From Callorhinchus milii (taxonomy: Eukaryota): DNA of 64,000 nt. The stretch covers positions 87,732,001-87,796,000 of the forward strand of contig NW_024704742.1 in NCBI RefSeq assembly GCF_018977255.1, written 5' to 3'. Each line of letters starts with the position of its first letter. Position 1 is the first letter of the stretch. Shown piece by piece: positions 1 through 12,569 of this stretch. Under the pieces are notes generated by a model. That model was not told where the DNA came from, searched no databases, and worked only from the letters and a program-made list of their open reading frames with translations. The translations under genes and the position numbers were made by a program.

Positions 1-551
1 TTTCTGTCCTTAATGTTTTCATCATAGTAGTTCAACTAAACTATTTTGTTAATGGTCTTAAAGCTGCAATGCTATTATAAACTTCAATGCCAAGTGGTTT
101 TCTTCCATTATAAATGTTACATTTTTATTTTTGTTCAAATTCCACTTTTCAAAAATCCTCCACGTAAATATTTATATAACCTTAAAGTATGGAAAATGGA
201 ATACCTAGTCTTACTAAAATCCACTGTTGATAGTCATTCCGTACACCTTGTGAAATTATCAGATTATTTGCAGGTGTCTGGCCCACATTAATTCTAGCTG
301 TGGTCTGTTGAAGCTTTAAGTAGCTGGGTGAAAGATATGGAAAAGCTTGATGTTGACTGAACTATAAATAATTACTTTCTGATATAGTACCTTTCCTGTT
401 GGGAGGACATATTGAAGTACTTCACAGGAGTTGCTGTAAAAAAATTCTATTTAATAGCCTAAATCAACAGCCTATTTGCACATAGCAAACTGCCATGAAG
501 CAAGTGGTCCTGTGAAGGGAATGGTACCTAACCACTGAAACCACTTTACAG

Positions 552-773
552 TGTGTCCATGGATAAACGGGAAGGTGAAGTCAGCATTTCCAGACTTGTC
601 GACGTTGAAATGCCTGTCGGAATTGCCGTGGACTGGGTCTACAAACACATCTACTGGACTGATCGTGGCACCAAAACCATATCTCTGGCTACTTTCGATG
701 GAACCAAAAAGATGATGCTCATTGGCACCGATCTAAGAGAACCAGCTTCAGTAGCAGTTGATCCAATAACCGG
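552..773 (+). CDS. Gene A exon: YWTD propeller (SMDK...[15 protein letters not shown]...AVDPITG)
   Basis: AG at 550-551, GT at 774; ORF 553..801. Confidence 0.92.
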
Positions 774-3700
774 GTACTTATTAACTGTCATTTTGATGTA
801 ATTCCAAGAAATGACTTTTACAGTTGAACATTTTGTTAGAAAATCTATCCAATAAACGAATGCAAAGTTTTGGTTGTGGGATGACTGCAGTGAAGGTCTA
901 AGGACTGATCCTCTGCTAATTGAACTGCTAATTATTCAGCCACTTGTGCTATTTGCAGCAAATCTAAGCAGTGTATTCGGCCTGTAGGGCAAGGCAAAGT
1001 GAGGGTCTGTTTCAAGGCATACAAAATGTCTCTTGTCAGGTTAAATGTGGCTGCATTAGCTTTGGTCTACTATATTCCAGCTGATAGTTGTATGAATGCA
1101 AGGAGATGATAGGGATACAATGGGAGGTCAACCAAGTTCAATGTGTCTAATTAATTTTGCAATAGAGATTTTCAGTCTGTTTGCAGTGGCTTACAAACCT
1201 CACCTTTGCCAGCTCTGTCAGCTTCCCTATCAATTAAAATGGTTGAAAGATCATGTCAAAGTTCTGAAATGGGTTAGTTTCTCCTGGGATTAGAGTTCCC
1301 TTTCTTCAGGAATTTGTTGGTTAAATTCAACGAAATCTTTAAGTGCTCCAGGGCTTTGTCCTATGAAGGGTGCTGTGAGGTTTGTATGGAATTTTTATTA
1401 TACATTTACTAAGAAGTTTGTATGGAACTTTTACTTATGCATTGGTGCCTCCCACTGAATTGTTTGCATTTAAACTAAGTTGTGAAATTGAATAGTCTCT
1501 CTATATGCAGCAACAAAACTGTTAATCTACAAAGATGTTTTTGTAGTAATGCAATAGCTATTGTCACCATGTTTGATTTAGCACTTTTTATGACAAAGGG
1601 CCATCTCAAAGTGCTTTGTGTAATAACTAACTAATTAGTATTGTAGATTAAAGTGATGTATGCAATTGTAGGTGATAAAACAACGTTGTGTTCAAAGGTC
1701 ATTTGTAATTTGAACNTTTTTTGTCTTAAAGGTTTATTTATTGGTCAGACTGGGGTGAGCCAGCAGCAATTGAAAAAGCAGGCTTGAATGGTGGTGATCG
1801 CCAGCTCTTAGTTAACAAAAAAATTCAATGGCCAAATGGCATCGCACTAGGTAAGTAGAGTAGATTTTTTTAAACAAGTTTGAATCTTCAATTACTGGTG
1901 TTTGGTTTTGAAATGATTCATACTTTGCCTCCAGATTATGTGAAAAGCCGCCTGTATTGGGTTGACTCAAAACTGCACACCTTGTCTAGTGTGGGCCTAG
2001 ATGGTCAAGATAGAAGAACAGTGCTCCATTCTCCACAATTCCTTGCTCATCCTTCTGCTGTCTCGTTGTTTGAGGTAAGGCGTAACTTTCCAAAACATGT
2101 GACTGAAAGTATTTCTTATGAAGATGATGTTTAACTTGGTTATATCAGCATCCAATTTCAAGCTATAGTCCTGTAGCCATCAGATGTACCAATGTGACTG
2201 AAGAATTTATGAGGTGGTTGAGAAGCATTAATATGTTGGTAAATCAAGTCTCGTTAACTCTACATTCATATCTCGGCAGAGTTTGGAAGAATATGGCTTG
2301 CATCCATTATTTGTGCTGCTTTTAGCTTAACTGAACTTGAACTGGGGACACAATGTTTGTAGTTGCACAAGGGAATCTTTCTTGGAGAGCATTTGCTTAT
2401 CAGCATTTTCCTGGAATAAACTTTAAAATGGTCTTCTCCTAGGATCGTGCCTTCTGGATTGATGAGGAGAGTAAAGCTATCTATGCAAGCAACAAGTTTA
2501 CAGGAGACGATGTGTTGATTTTAGCCTCCAACCTGAACGAACCTCAGGACATCATTGTTTTTCATGAGCAGGTTCAACTATCTGGTAAGGAATTCAACAA
2601 TGGGGAATTTTTGCTTCTCGTGAGAATCATCCTGATTGTTACATTGGATGGAATTTGTATGTGAGGTATGTCAATCCTCAATGTTTTATTCACAGGCAAA
2701 AACGGGTGCACCAATTTTAAGAATGGAAGCTGTGAATACTTCTGTCTCCCCGCTCCTTTGTCTAATGGTCTTTCAGCAAAATATGTCTGTGTGTGTCCGT
2801 CTGGAATGGAGTTGTACAATGGACTACAATGTAGAACTGGTAGGCAAAATTTTTAGCTAACTGTACAGAGAAATTACTTAATCTGAAGGTGTATTGAAGG
2901 GATATTTGTCGGTGAGTCTTTGCTTTGGCATATTGAACTAGAAATTCTATTTATCCCACGATGACATTTTTAGGACTGTTTAAGTATTGGAAGTTAAAAT
3001 GCTACCAACGTAATAATAATAATCCTTGCATTTGATATAGCGCTTTTCACGTCGGGAGGACGTCCCAAAGCGCTTCACAGAACACACTGTAAAGTGAATT
3101 GACTGTATATTTGTGGGCAAACGCGGCAGCCAATTGTGCACGGCAATGTCCCACAAACAGTCGTGGATTGAAAATGACCAATTTATTATTGTTTTTGGTT
3201 TTGGAGGGATTATTATTACAACTGTACTGATGCCAAACTTTATAGAAAATGTTTTGCATATTACATTATGCTGAATAATTATCAAGCTAATAAAATGGGC
3301 CATTTGAAGATAACTGGATGCAGATGTTTCTCTACCTAGTCAGATGTGTGATGGTCCTGTAGATCTCTGGCATTGCAGAAGGACTCTGGGATGGAGTTCC
3401 AGAGAACAAGGGCTGAATGGCTGAAAGCTTGTCTTCTGATAGTGGGGAGATGAGGCAGGGGCATTGTACATTCCTGCTCTCAACCAGGTTTCTACGATTG
3501 GTCGTCCATAGGTTTGGCGCAGCAACTTGTATTTAATACTGAGCAACATCTTTTGACTATAGTTTCTGAATTTCTAGCATCAGTGATTTTAGGAAGCATT
3601 GTGCAGATTGTAGAGCTGAAGAGGTGTGGGCATACTAAAATGGAATAAAGCGAATTGTATAAGCAAATGCCCAGCATTTTGAAAATCTGAATGTTTAGTT

Positions 3701-4982
3701 CCATCAGAGCCAAAATGAATTGAATTATTATGCAGCTCTATAATGGTGACTAGACTGGTTGAACTTTTTTTTTAAAAAAAGCATTTTAGTTAAATTGTCT
3801 TCCTCTAAATGTTTACTCTAGTCAATCGACGGAAGGTGTTAAGTTATTTTTCTTTATTTTCAGTATCAAAAGCAATGACTTTGGCTCCTGCTGGTCTTAC
3901 AAAGTTAACACAATCCAGAAGTATACAAAGCATATAAGTCTCAAATTATTTAACCTCAAGTCTTAGTCAAGTCTATTCATCCAGCAACTAAGTTACATTT
4001 CATTTTTTCAGCATCTATACACTATACTGCTGCATCGATAAACACTACTGGACAAACTACAGCAATTTCAATTTCTGAAGGGACTTCAACTGAACTCGCT
4101 TCCAATTTCCAAAGAACACTTCCGACCGTTTTGCCCAATTCCAGAGGTAATATAATAATCACTGATCAGCAGCAGTAATTAAGACAAAAAAACATTTACA
4201 CTAACTTTTTCCACTCCATGACCACTTTCACCAAGAGACTTCTTCCAGACCATGCAAGTTTATCGTCTCCTTTTAAACAATTTAATTGCCATAGTTTTTT
4301 CATTGGAAAAATTCTTTCATAAATGAGGTGATGTAGCTTTATATTGTTTTCTTTTCCTTCAGAAAATACAACTCGAGATCTTTCTCCTTGCTTTCAAATA
4401 CTCACCAACTCCCCTACCCTTTGTACCCTGGTTGCTCCCTGTGCTAAGCAGTTTCCTTTCCCACCTTAATACTTTACAACTGCTTTTATTTTCTCCCTTT
4501 CTTTTTCCTCCCCAACTCTCCACAAAGTTCAGGCTTCCTTTAGCTGTATGAAGCACTTTGAAATGTCATGACACTGAGAATCTATCAATAAATTGCAAAA
4601 AAATACATTTTATTTCCAGATTTGAATCCAGGTGCTTCAGTTCATAAATCAGGAAATTCTACTGTTGCTGGCTGGGTTGTCTTTATCATGAGTAAGTACA
4701 GTTCATAGAAAACTTTATTTTTCTGATGTCAACATAATTTTGTTTCATTGAAAGCATAACTGCTTTTGTTAAGGAACTCGAGCTTAAGTTAGTCAGTTAT
4801 TCCTTGACAAATGCAAGGATTTACTAAGTCCTTCTGACCAGTCTTTCCCCTGTATTTCAGTGTTAGTGGCAATAGTTGGTGTAGCTGGCTATCTGAAATG
4901 GCGAAGCTGGCGAAGTAGGACACACCAGAGCATGAGCTTTGAGAATCCAGTCTTTCATCGTGATGATGTTGAAGAGAAATAA
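552..4982 (+). CDS. VLDLR: Gene A: VLDLR-like receptor paralog, 3' portion (5' end lies upstream of the window); spliced
   Basis: Exons 552-773, 1732-1850, 1935-2074, 2443-2584, 2696-2839, (3864-3920 tentative), 4012-4146, 4620-4691, 4861-4982. GT-AG boundaries, continuous frame, YWTD/YWSD/YWVD blades, EGF-C, TM, FENPVF, TAA at 4980-4982. Exon sizes 119/140/142 match the LDLR/VLDLR layout. Symbol denotes family; probably a paralog, not the canonical orthologue. Confidence 0.88.
1732..1850 (+). CDS. Gene A exon: propeller ([20 protein letters not shown]...IQWPNGIAL)
   Basis: 119 bp, AG / GTAAGT. Confidence 0.92.
1935..2074 (+). CDS. Gene A exon: propeller ([10 protein letters not shown]...[11 protein letters not shown])
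   Basis: 140 bp, AG / GTAAGG. Confidence 0.92.
2443..2584 (+). CDS. Gene A exon: propeller end ([21 protein letters not shown]...)
   Basis: 142 bp, AG / GTAAGG. Confidence 0.92.
2696..2839 (+). CDS. Gene A exon: EGF-C
   Basis: [17 protein letters not shown]...CVCPSG...C, six Cys; phase 1-1. Confidence 0.9.
3011..3217 (-). mobile_element. tRNA-derived SINE, 3' half
   Basis: Near-identical to the body and tail of the full copies at 31875 and 45334. Confidence 0.85.
3864..3920 (+). CDS. Gene A tentative small stalk exon ([19 protein letters not shown])
   Basis: Strong pyrimidine tract plus CAG at 3861-3863; weak donor A|GTATAC; 57 bp, frame-preserving. Confidence 0.35.
4012..4146 (+). CDS. 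Gene A exon: Ser/Thr-rich O-linked stalk
   Basis: [26 protein letters not shown]...TVLPNSR; its end resembles gene B stalk end TVLPSSK; AG / GTAATA. Confidence 0.8.
4620..4691 (+). CDS. Gene A exon: juxtamembrane and first half of TM
   Basis: [26 protein letters not shown] / GTAAGT. Confidence 0.85.
4861..4982 (+). CDS. Gene A last coding exon: TM end and cytoplasmic tail with FENPVF
   Basis: [40 protein letters not shown]. Confidence 0.88.
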
Positions 4983-4992
4983 ATAAAATAAA
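4978..4992 (+). terminator. Candidate polyadenylation signals overlapping gene A stop codon
   Basis: Overlapping AATAAA hexamers in aataaataaaataaa, followed by T-rich sequence. Confidence 0.45.
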
Positions 4993-6025
4993 AATTCAGT
5001 TTTAAAGTATCTTGACTGTTTAATTGTTACTTTTTTTATATAGAATCAAATTGTGGTAGATGTACTGAAACTACTGCAAGATCAACATTGCCCTGAACTC
5101 TGTTCAGGTGGATATTAAAAGATCCTGTGGCATCCTTTGAAAAGCAAAGGGAGTTTCTCCGAGTGTCCTGACCAACAATCCTCCCAATAGTAATTTATCC
5201 ATCGTTGTTCGTCAGATATTGCTGTGTGCAACTTGGTTGCTCTGTCACTTACAAATATTCACTCGAAAGTACTTTTGATATGTTTCAGTGTGATCATGTG
5301 CTGCACTAACAACAACAACTTGCATTTCTATAGCGCCCCTCACTCAGGGTAGTGTCCCAGAGAGCTTAAAACACTAAAAGCAAGAAACTCTTCCCACAAA
5401 TACCTTCTCAGAATTGACGAAAGAGCACCAGACAAATTTGTCCTATTCTAGTTATGACCTGAAAATTGTCTGCAGCTTGGAGTTGCTGCTCTACAAAGCA
5501 ATTCTTATTTGACACTAGTGCGTATTTCTGATTTCAGCCAAAAGGTGGGAAAATTGATTTAACTAACAAGAATTTATTTTCCACATTCATTTGTTTAGAA
5601 TGTTTAACCACAGAGATCCAGGTTACTGCACAATGCACAGATGGTCTGGCATTGTAAAAATGCAAGTTCTTTCCACCTCTATTTACTTAAGCACAATAGC
5701 TGAGATTAACCCTGCATAATTAAACGTGTTCATTAAAATCTCACACTGAATATTGTATTGGATACCTTGAGTGAGGCAAACACACTAAGTTCCCAATAGT
5801 ATTGTACACCATGTTATAGGAGCAAGGGCAGTGTGTATTATGATCATTCATCAAGGAACATTCAGCAGTGTTTCCAGGGGGAGGGGGAGCAATTAAAATT
5901 ACCAAGAACTGCCCTCGGCACACAATGAAGTAGCAAATGAACAATAAGTAGTACCTGTTGGAACCTGATGATTTCTGGTATCTAGGATTCCCAATGTTCT
6001 TTACCTCCCTTTATGAACAGATTGA

Positions 6026-6362
6026 GAGTGAGTCAGCTTGGCTCAGCTGGTAAAACTCTCACCTCAATGAGTTCCAGACCCATGTCGGAGTTTGGAAGTC
6101 ATTGCATTGGCTGATATTCCACTGCAATGCTGGGGTTTGCTGGGAGGTGCCATTCTTCGGATGAGACTTTAATTGATGCCCCGTTAATCTGTTCAGGTGG
6201 ATGGTAAAGATCCAACGGCCCTACTCAAGAGAAGGGAGCTTCTCCCTGTATCGTGGCCAACAATCCCCCAGCTAAAATTAGTCATTCACTTCACTGGAGT
6301 TTGTGGGACAATTACTGTGGCAAATTGGCTGCTGCATTCACCCACACAAACTCCACTTTACA
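6026..6362 (+). mobile_element. Older SINE with Deu-like central domain
   Basis: Degenerate tRNA-like head (ggctcagctggtaa) then ggaggtgccattcttcggatgaga...caggtggatggtaaagatcc; related fragments near 5095, 8860, 11120(-), 27050, 34610(-), 54040, 63695(-). Confidence 0.6.
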
Positions 6363-8049
6363 GTACAGTAAAATTTGTATACGTCAGGACCATAATATTT
6401 AATGTGACTTGCATAAAGTATGAGTTACAGACAAACTTGCATAAGTAGTATAAAATCTGATTTAATCAATCTACACTGCATGTGTACTTCAATGCAGTCA
6501 GTAAGTGCACATCCATCGACGGATCAGAACTTCATTTCCTGCGAATCAATGCAACCGGTAAGTGCGGTAGCAGGGTTAGTAGTTAGGAGATGATTTGAAA
6601 ATACTAGCTGTTTCCATTGCTGCTTCGCTTGCAACCAAAGGATCCAATATGGAATGCAGACAGGCATTTCATCTTGATGCTCGTCTTGGAGTATAGATTT
6701 CTTTTGGGCGGACACTGCGTTTTAATAATGTAATTTTGTTGTGGTTACCGCGGCTTAGCTTCGTCTATGTTCTTTATTGTGATCCAACCGCTTGGCTACG
6801 TGTGTGCTCTGTGACGCAGGATGCCACAGCGCCACAGTCAGCTGGCGTGCCCACCAGGTATGACTGCAGTGTGTTGATAAGGTATGTACACAGTGATGCA
6901 TGATGCAACAGCGTCACTTTGACTTGGTGGCCACTAGGTGTAACTGCAGCAAAAACACAAAACTGAAAATAATTCATGAATGATAGGAGATACCCAAAAG
7001 CAAATATGCCCATGTTACTCCCAGTATCAAGACCTTTCCGATGAGGTATAAATCAGTCTCTGTGTTAATCGGTTATTGAGATCCTATTTGAAGCGCAGAT
7101 AGACATTGTCGTTTTATTAGTATAAGATAGAAGTAGAAAGATAATGACTAATGCAAATAAATTAAGTGGTGTTTGGTAGGATACAGAATGGGACTCAGAT
7201 GCATGTACAATTTCATCAATTGTATGATTTATAAAGGTATTACCATTTATCCTGTGAAACACTTTAAGACTTCCTCCTGACATAAAAAGTGCTCCACCAC
7301 TTGTAAGGATTATTATAAATTATACATATTTTTAAAAACAAAGCTTTGTATAAAAGCATTTTTTTTGCAGAGGGAAAAACATCCACTCTCTCCATTCAGT
7401 GGCTAAAGGCCATTTGGAGTAAATTATTACAAAATTATTTTTGGATATAAACTAATACTGCAAGCCAGTATTTTTCATGGGCCATGTCATTTTGTATATT
7501 ATGCAGAAATTTTTATGCAGAATTAAATGGGCCGTGAAAAAATAAATTAAAAATGACCTTCAATGGGATTGACGAGTGCTACTATTGGGTGAAAATAGTG
7601 GGCCGCAAAGCAAGAGTTGGGGCCAAAAATAGGGCTCCAAATTAAATGGATTTACAGTATGGAAGTTGTAGAAAGGCCATTCAATTCTAGGATGCAACAA
7701 TGAAAATGATTGAATATAATTATAATTCTTTCATTTGATATTGTGCCTTATCAAGTCATTGAGAAGTCTCAAAACACTTCACAAGATATACTGTAATATT
7801 AATAATCCTTGCATTTGACATTGTGCCTTATCACATCTTTGAGATGTTTCAAATCACTTCACAGCATATACTGTAAAGTGAATTGACTATATTGTGAATA
7901 ATAAATGTAAATGTCTCCATTAACATTTATTTTGACGTCAACAAACAGCACTGGGCTGTCAAATCGCAACAGAGATAGTGAGATGGAAAGGTGGACTAAA
8001 TGTTGACAAGCCGGAAGCCACACTCTGGCTCCCATCAATGTCTTCTGTC

Positions 8050-8563
8050 CTGCGACTCTGACCTCTTCAACCTCCCCGGTCTATCTCTCAGACTCACCAA
8101 AACTGTGCACAACCTAGGAGTCGGGTTTGTCCTTCCTTCCCCACATCCGGTCCCTGACTAGGATCACCCTCCTCTGCCACAGTGCCAGCCTCCGACCATA
8201 CGTTACCCAAGATGCAGCAGAAACCTTCATCCATGCGTTCATCACATCCCAACTCAACTTTTCGAGTGGCATCTTCTCCGGTCTCCGTTCGACTTTTCTC
8301 CAACCTCCTGATTGTCCCTCATGGCCTCCATTCCACCATCGGTGGCCGAACTTGCAGCCACTAGGCCCTGAAATTCTGGAATAATTTTTCTCTATCCCTC
8401 TGCCTTTCCCCTTCCTTCTCCATCTTTAGATCATGCCTGAGGACCTTCCTCTTTGACTGTGCCTATGGTCAACTCCCTCCGGTTTGGCGTTGTGCTCTGC
8501 CACTGTCAAGCGCTCTGGGACACTATCTTGTGTGAGGGGCATTGTACAATTGCAAGTTGTTGT
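8050..8563 (+). mobile_element. L2-clade LINE 3' fragment, degenerate
   Basis: Translates FLPHIRSLT...AETFIHAFITSQL; ends in ttgttgtt tail. Confidence 0.75.
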
Positions 8564-11500
8564 TTAGGATCAGTGTTGACAGAGGCTGGGCACTAGGTTG
8601 CCTGCCCACCTTCCCAGCCACAAGTAATGTTTAATCATTGGTAGAGCAGAAGGGGAAGGAATGTTATTTAAATGTACAGACTCTCAGTCTACAATGAAAC
8701 CTGTCAGTCTAACTGTAAAATATTTTTAGATTTCATTTTAATTCTTTACTAATGAGAACACTTGCTTTCCCCACCCTCCCACCCCCTATTCCTAGCTTAC
8801 AAAATGGACCATTCACTTTGATTACTTCTGCAGACAGTCCACCACACTCTAAATTAAGGACAGATGAACGTCAAAGACCCCATGGCACAATTCAGAAAGA
8901 GAAAGGAGTTTTTCCTCTTGTCCTGGCCAACAATATTCCAAATAAAATTGGATATTTACTCCATGGCTATTTTTGCAACATTGCTGTGTGCAAACTGGCT
9001 GCAGAATTTGCCTCCATGTTCACTACACTTTGCAGCACATCCTGGAAAACACTGAGGTGTTTTGATGATGTGAGTAGGGGCTATATCAAATGCAAATTTT
9101 AATGTGACCAAAAGCGTTTTCTTTCACCTACAAAATAGTCAATCCACTTTATAGTATATCCTGTGAAGCGCTTTGAGACATCTCAATGACATAAGCCAAG
9201 GATTATTATTAATNAAAAAAGTTAGATTATCTTTAAATGAGGCCTTGCAGGTCCATGAGGAATAGAAAACCAATGTAATAAAGGTAATATTGAGCCTGGG
9301 AAGAGGATCTTAATGAGCTGGGTGTGCAGTGTGTGAGTTGTAAAGGATCTGCAATGGAAAGAAATAACTGATAACTGAGAGATTAAAAAATATATTAAAA
9401 ATATAACAACATTCATTCACTATATGAACAACTGGTTTCACAAAATATGTAAGTGTGGTGACAGTTCATAAATTAATGAGGGAAGATGATTTCTGAATTT
9501 CTGATTGAAGCTGAACAGTAGCTGCAAGAGGAACACTCTCTACATTATTAAAGAATAATTAATTGCCACTATACTTGTCAAATCTGGACTGTTCACCTTC
9601 TGAAAACAGTACTAAAATGGGTTGTGCGATACATCTGTCCACTTTCTGAATTTCAAATGCAGTTAAAAATTAACCACTGAGTAACTGACTTTCTGACAAA
9701 TTGCAGCACTGTATCTGAGACAGCCCAACACACACTCTGGAGTCCCCAAGTCTTGGCTCTTGGTTACCTGTGCCTAATACTTTCTGGAATTAGATAAGCA
9801 GGATGCGTCCCTCCAGAGAGAGAGTGCGCATTCCATTCCAACAATCTTTCTCTGAGATTTCCATGTGTAGGTGGGATGCATGGAAATATCAACTTGGTTT
9901 GGATACTCTTAAGCATGGTGATGGGTTTCTGCTGACCAAAACAAAATCTGAGACATCTTTTAGCTATTTAAAACCCAAGGAGCATGGGGCAGACTGGAAA
10001 ATAGCGCACAGGCTGGAGTGTGTTTGAATAGGAGGTTGAAGGTCCTGAAAATTATGTGTTGAAGGTTAGACAGCCGTTGGAGCTTTGTGAGTACAGAGAG
10101 TAAGGGTGGGGTATTTCAACAGCAGCCTTTCTATCTCCTGAGGGAGTTTCTCTTTCCTGGTGTCCTGGCCAACAATCCCCCATCATAATAATAATCCTTG
10201 CCTTATCACATCTTTGAGACGTCTCCAAGCTCTTCGCAGAATATACTATGAAGTGAATTGACAAAAGGTGCTGATCTGGCCAGTCTGCACGTGAAAGAGA
10301 GCGGTTATACTAGCAGAAGGGTAAATCTGCATTTGGGCAAAGCTGCTTTCAAAAGCACGTCTGTACAATACATGACACAATAAAATATTCATAAAACGCT
10401 GTAAATTCATCACACAGCAATCAATGACTCAGTTAGTGTTCAAGTGCTTCTTGGCTGCATTGCAACCAACCCACAGAGAAATGTGATGAACTGTTAACAC
10501 TCATTTAATTAAAAGTAATTAATTTTAACATAATGGGTGAATATTACCAAAACTCATGAATATGATTCATATGTGACATGTGGCTGACTGTAGCTCTTTT
10601 GTGGCTAAATGTTCCTAAGGCTTATAATAATACAATAATAATCCTTGCATTTGATATAGCACTTTATCATGTCATTGAGACATCTGAAACGGGCTTCACA
10701 GAATATACAGTAAAGTGAATTGACTGTATTGACTTTGTGGGTGAAATATAACTCACTGTACTGTTGAGATAATAATGATATATCTAATTCTTTCTCAGAT
10801 ATAATGGTACAATATTTGAAGCTAATCTCCCTCACACACTTGTTTCAAATACAGAAATATCATGACCTGTATTATATTCGGTGGCAAAAAATAACTAACT
10901 TCTCAAAACAAATAAAAACACTGTTTGCATGCCACATATTTCTAAAGTGTAATTGAAAACAATTTTGAGAAGACTGAAATTTTTACACACAAACTTGCCT
11001 AATATACCTATCATCTTCTTAGCTGCAAGTGATAATAATATCATCATCATAATAATAACAGTTGATGTATGATGTTGAGTACATCTCAGAGCACCTTACA
11101 TTTCTGAGGAATGTATTTTGTAGAAAAAGGCAGAGGCCAATTTGTGCACAGCAATGTCCTACAAACACCCACAAAGTGAATAACCAATTTTATCTGGGGG
11201 ATTACCAGCCAGAACACCAGGAAAAATTCCCTTCTCTTTTTCAAGTAGCGCCACAAGATCTTTCACATCCACCTGAACAGATAGATGGGACTTTAGTTAA
11301 TAAGTCATCTGAAGGACAGATCCTCTGACAATACACCCTGCACCACATTTGAGTGCCATCTTAGCCTGTGAGTTCAAAGACCAAATGCGGAGCTTGAATC
11401 TCTCAAGTGACACTTGGCTGTGGCAGAATAGAAGGGAACATGTTATGTGTTCGGCAACACTTCCCTTATTTACAGCACCTCCCCATATAGTTTGGTGTAT

Positions 11501-11623
11501 GGTGATAAATTATAATGTGTGGATGAATTTGTTATGTCAATATCAAGAGTGGGAAATTGAACCAAGATTTATTTAAATTAACAGCAATATATGAGAAAGT
11601 ATGACTTTCAGTCTGTTAGAGTA

Positions 11624-11800
11624 TTAATAATAATAATCCTTGCATTTAATATAGCACTTTTCACGTCTAGACGTCTCAAAGTGCTTCATAAAATAGACTG
11701 TAAAGTGAATTGACTGTATATTTGTGGGCGAAACGCGGCAGCCAATTCCGCACAGCAGTGTCCCACAAACAGTCGTGGATTGAAATGACCAATTTTTTTT
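11624..11800 (-). mobile_element. tRNA-derived SINE, 3' part
   Basis: aataatccttgcattt tail plus family body. Confidence 0.8.
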
Positions 11801-12393
11801 AATACTTTTGTATTGACATTGAATGTATCATATTTCTATATAAACAGGCACATCCTTACGTTCATATAGACCTGATTTTCATTTTGCTCAGGAAATGCTC
11901 TGTAAATGCATTTATAGAACAACCAGCTGATAATATTCAGGCGGATAAAGACTCAAAACTTTCATCAGTTCCACTTACTTTGCAATATCTTAAGTTCAAC
12001 CAACATTGTAAATTGAAAAGAAATCACAAGAGATCACTTGTATGTAGAAAGTCCCTCCACTTATTTGATCTCATCTTTCCAAAATACCCATCTTGTTTTC
12101 CTCCCATCACAGCATCAAGTTGTACATCATTGGAGTCAGTCTCTTTCGGTGAACCTTCAACCATAAGCATTGTTAAAAAAAAAAATAAACACCCCATTGC
12201 AATCTGCAGTGAAAATGAACTGACCAACAATGAACACAGTAATCGTATCAGGTACTCAGCCTTCTGTGGACGGTCTGCAAGCAGTAATGTAGGTGACCTG
12301 ACTGATAGGCGTTCACCATGCAGTTATTTAACAAGGTAATTGAGTTGGTATGTTCACACCGGCAGCTAGTTGTGCTATGATTGCTTACACTGG

Positions 12394-12436
12394 TATAAAA
12401 TCGCGTTGCTGCTGCAGCTGGCTGTAACTCTCAGTT
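12394..12436 (+). promoter_or_regulatory. Candidate TATA box and Inr-like motif of gene B
   Basis: TATAAAA at 12394-12400, TCAGTT at 12431-12436, about 100 bp upstream of ATG 12500. Confidence 0.5.
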
Positions 12437-12499
12437 CAATGAAAAGGGATCTCGACAAGTAAGCAGATTTAGGACATCTGCTTCCATCAGAGCTGTGAA

Positions 12500-12569
12500 A
12501 TGATACCTTTTCGAGTCCCTTTGCTATTCTTGTTGGCTGCATGTTTATATTTCAACAACTGCGTGTACG
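12500..12569 (+). CDS. Gene B exon 1: signal peptide [24 protein letters not shown]
   Basis: ATG, hydrophobic core, phase-1 donor G|GTAAGT. Confidence 0.85.

Noticed and set aside
12285..12310. Estrogen-response-like element (aggtgacctgact)
   Set aside because: Half-sites mismatched and spacing is not the 3 nt of GGTCAnnnTGACC.
11884..12339. 151-aa ORF upstream of gene B
   Set aside because: Non-ATG start, no recognisable domain or exon structure.
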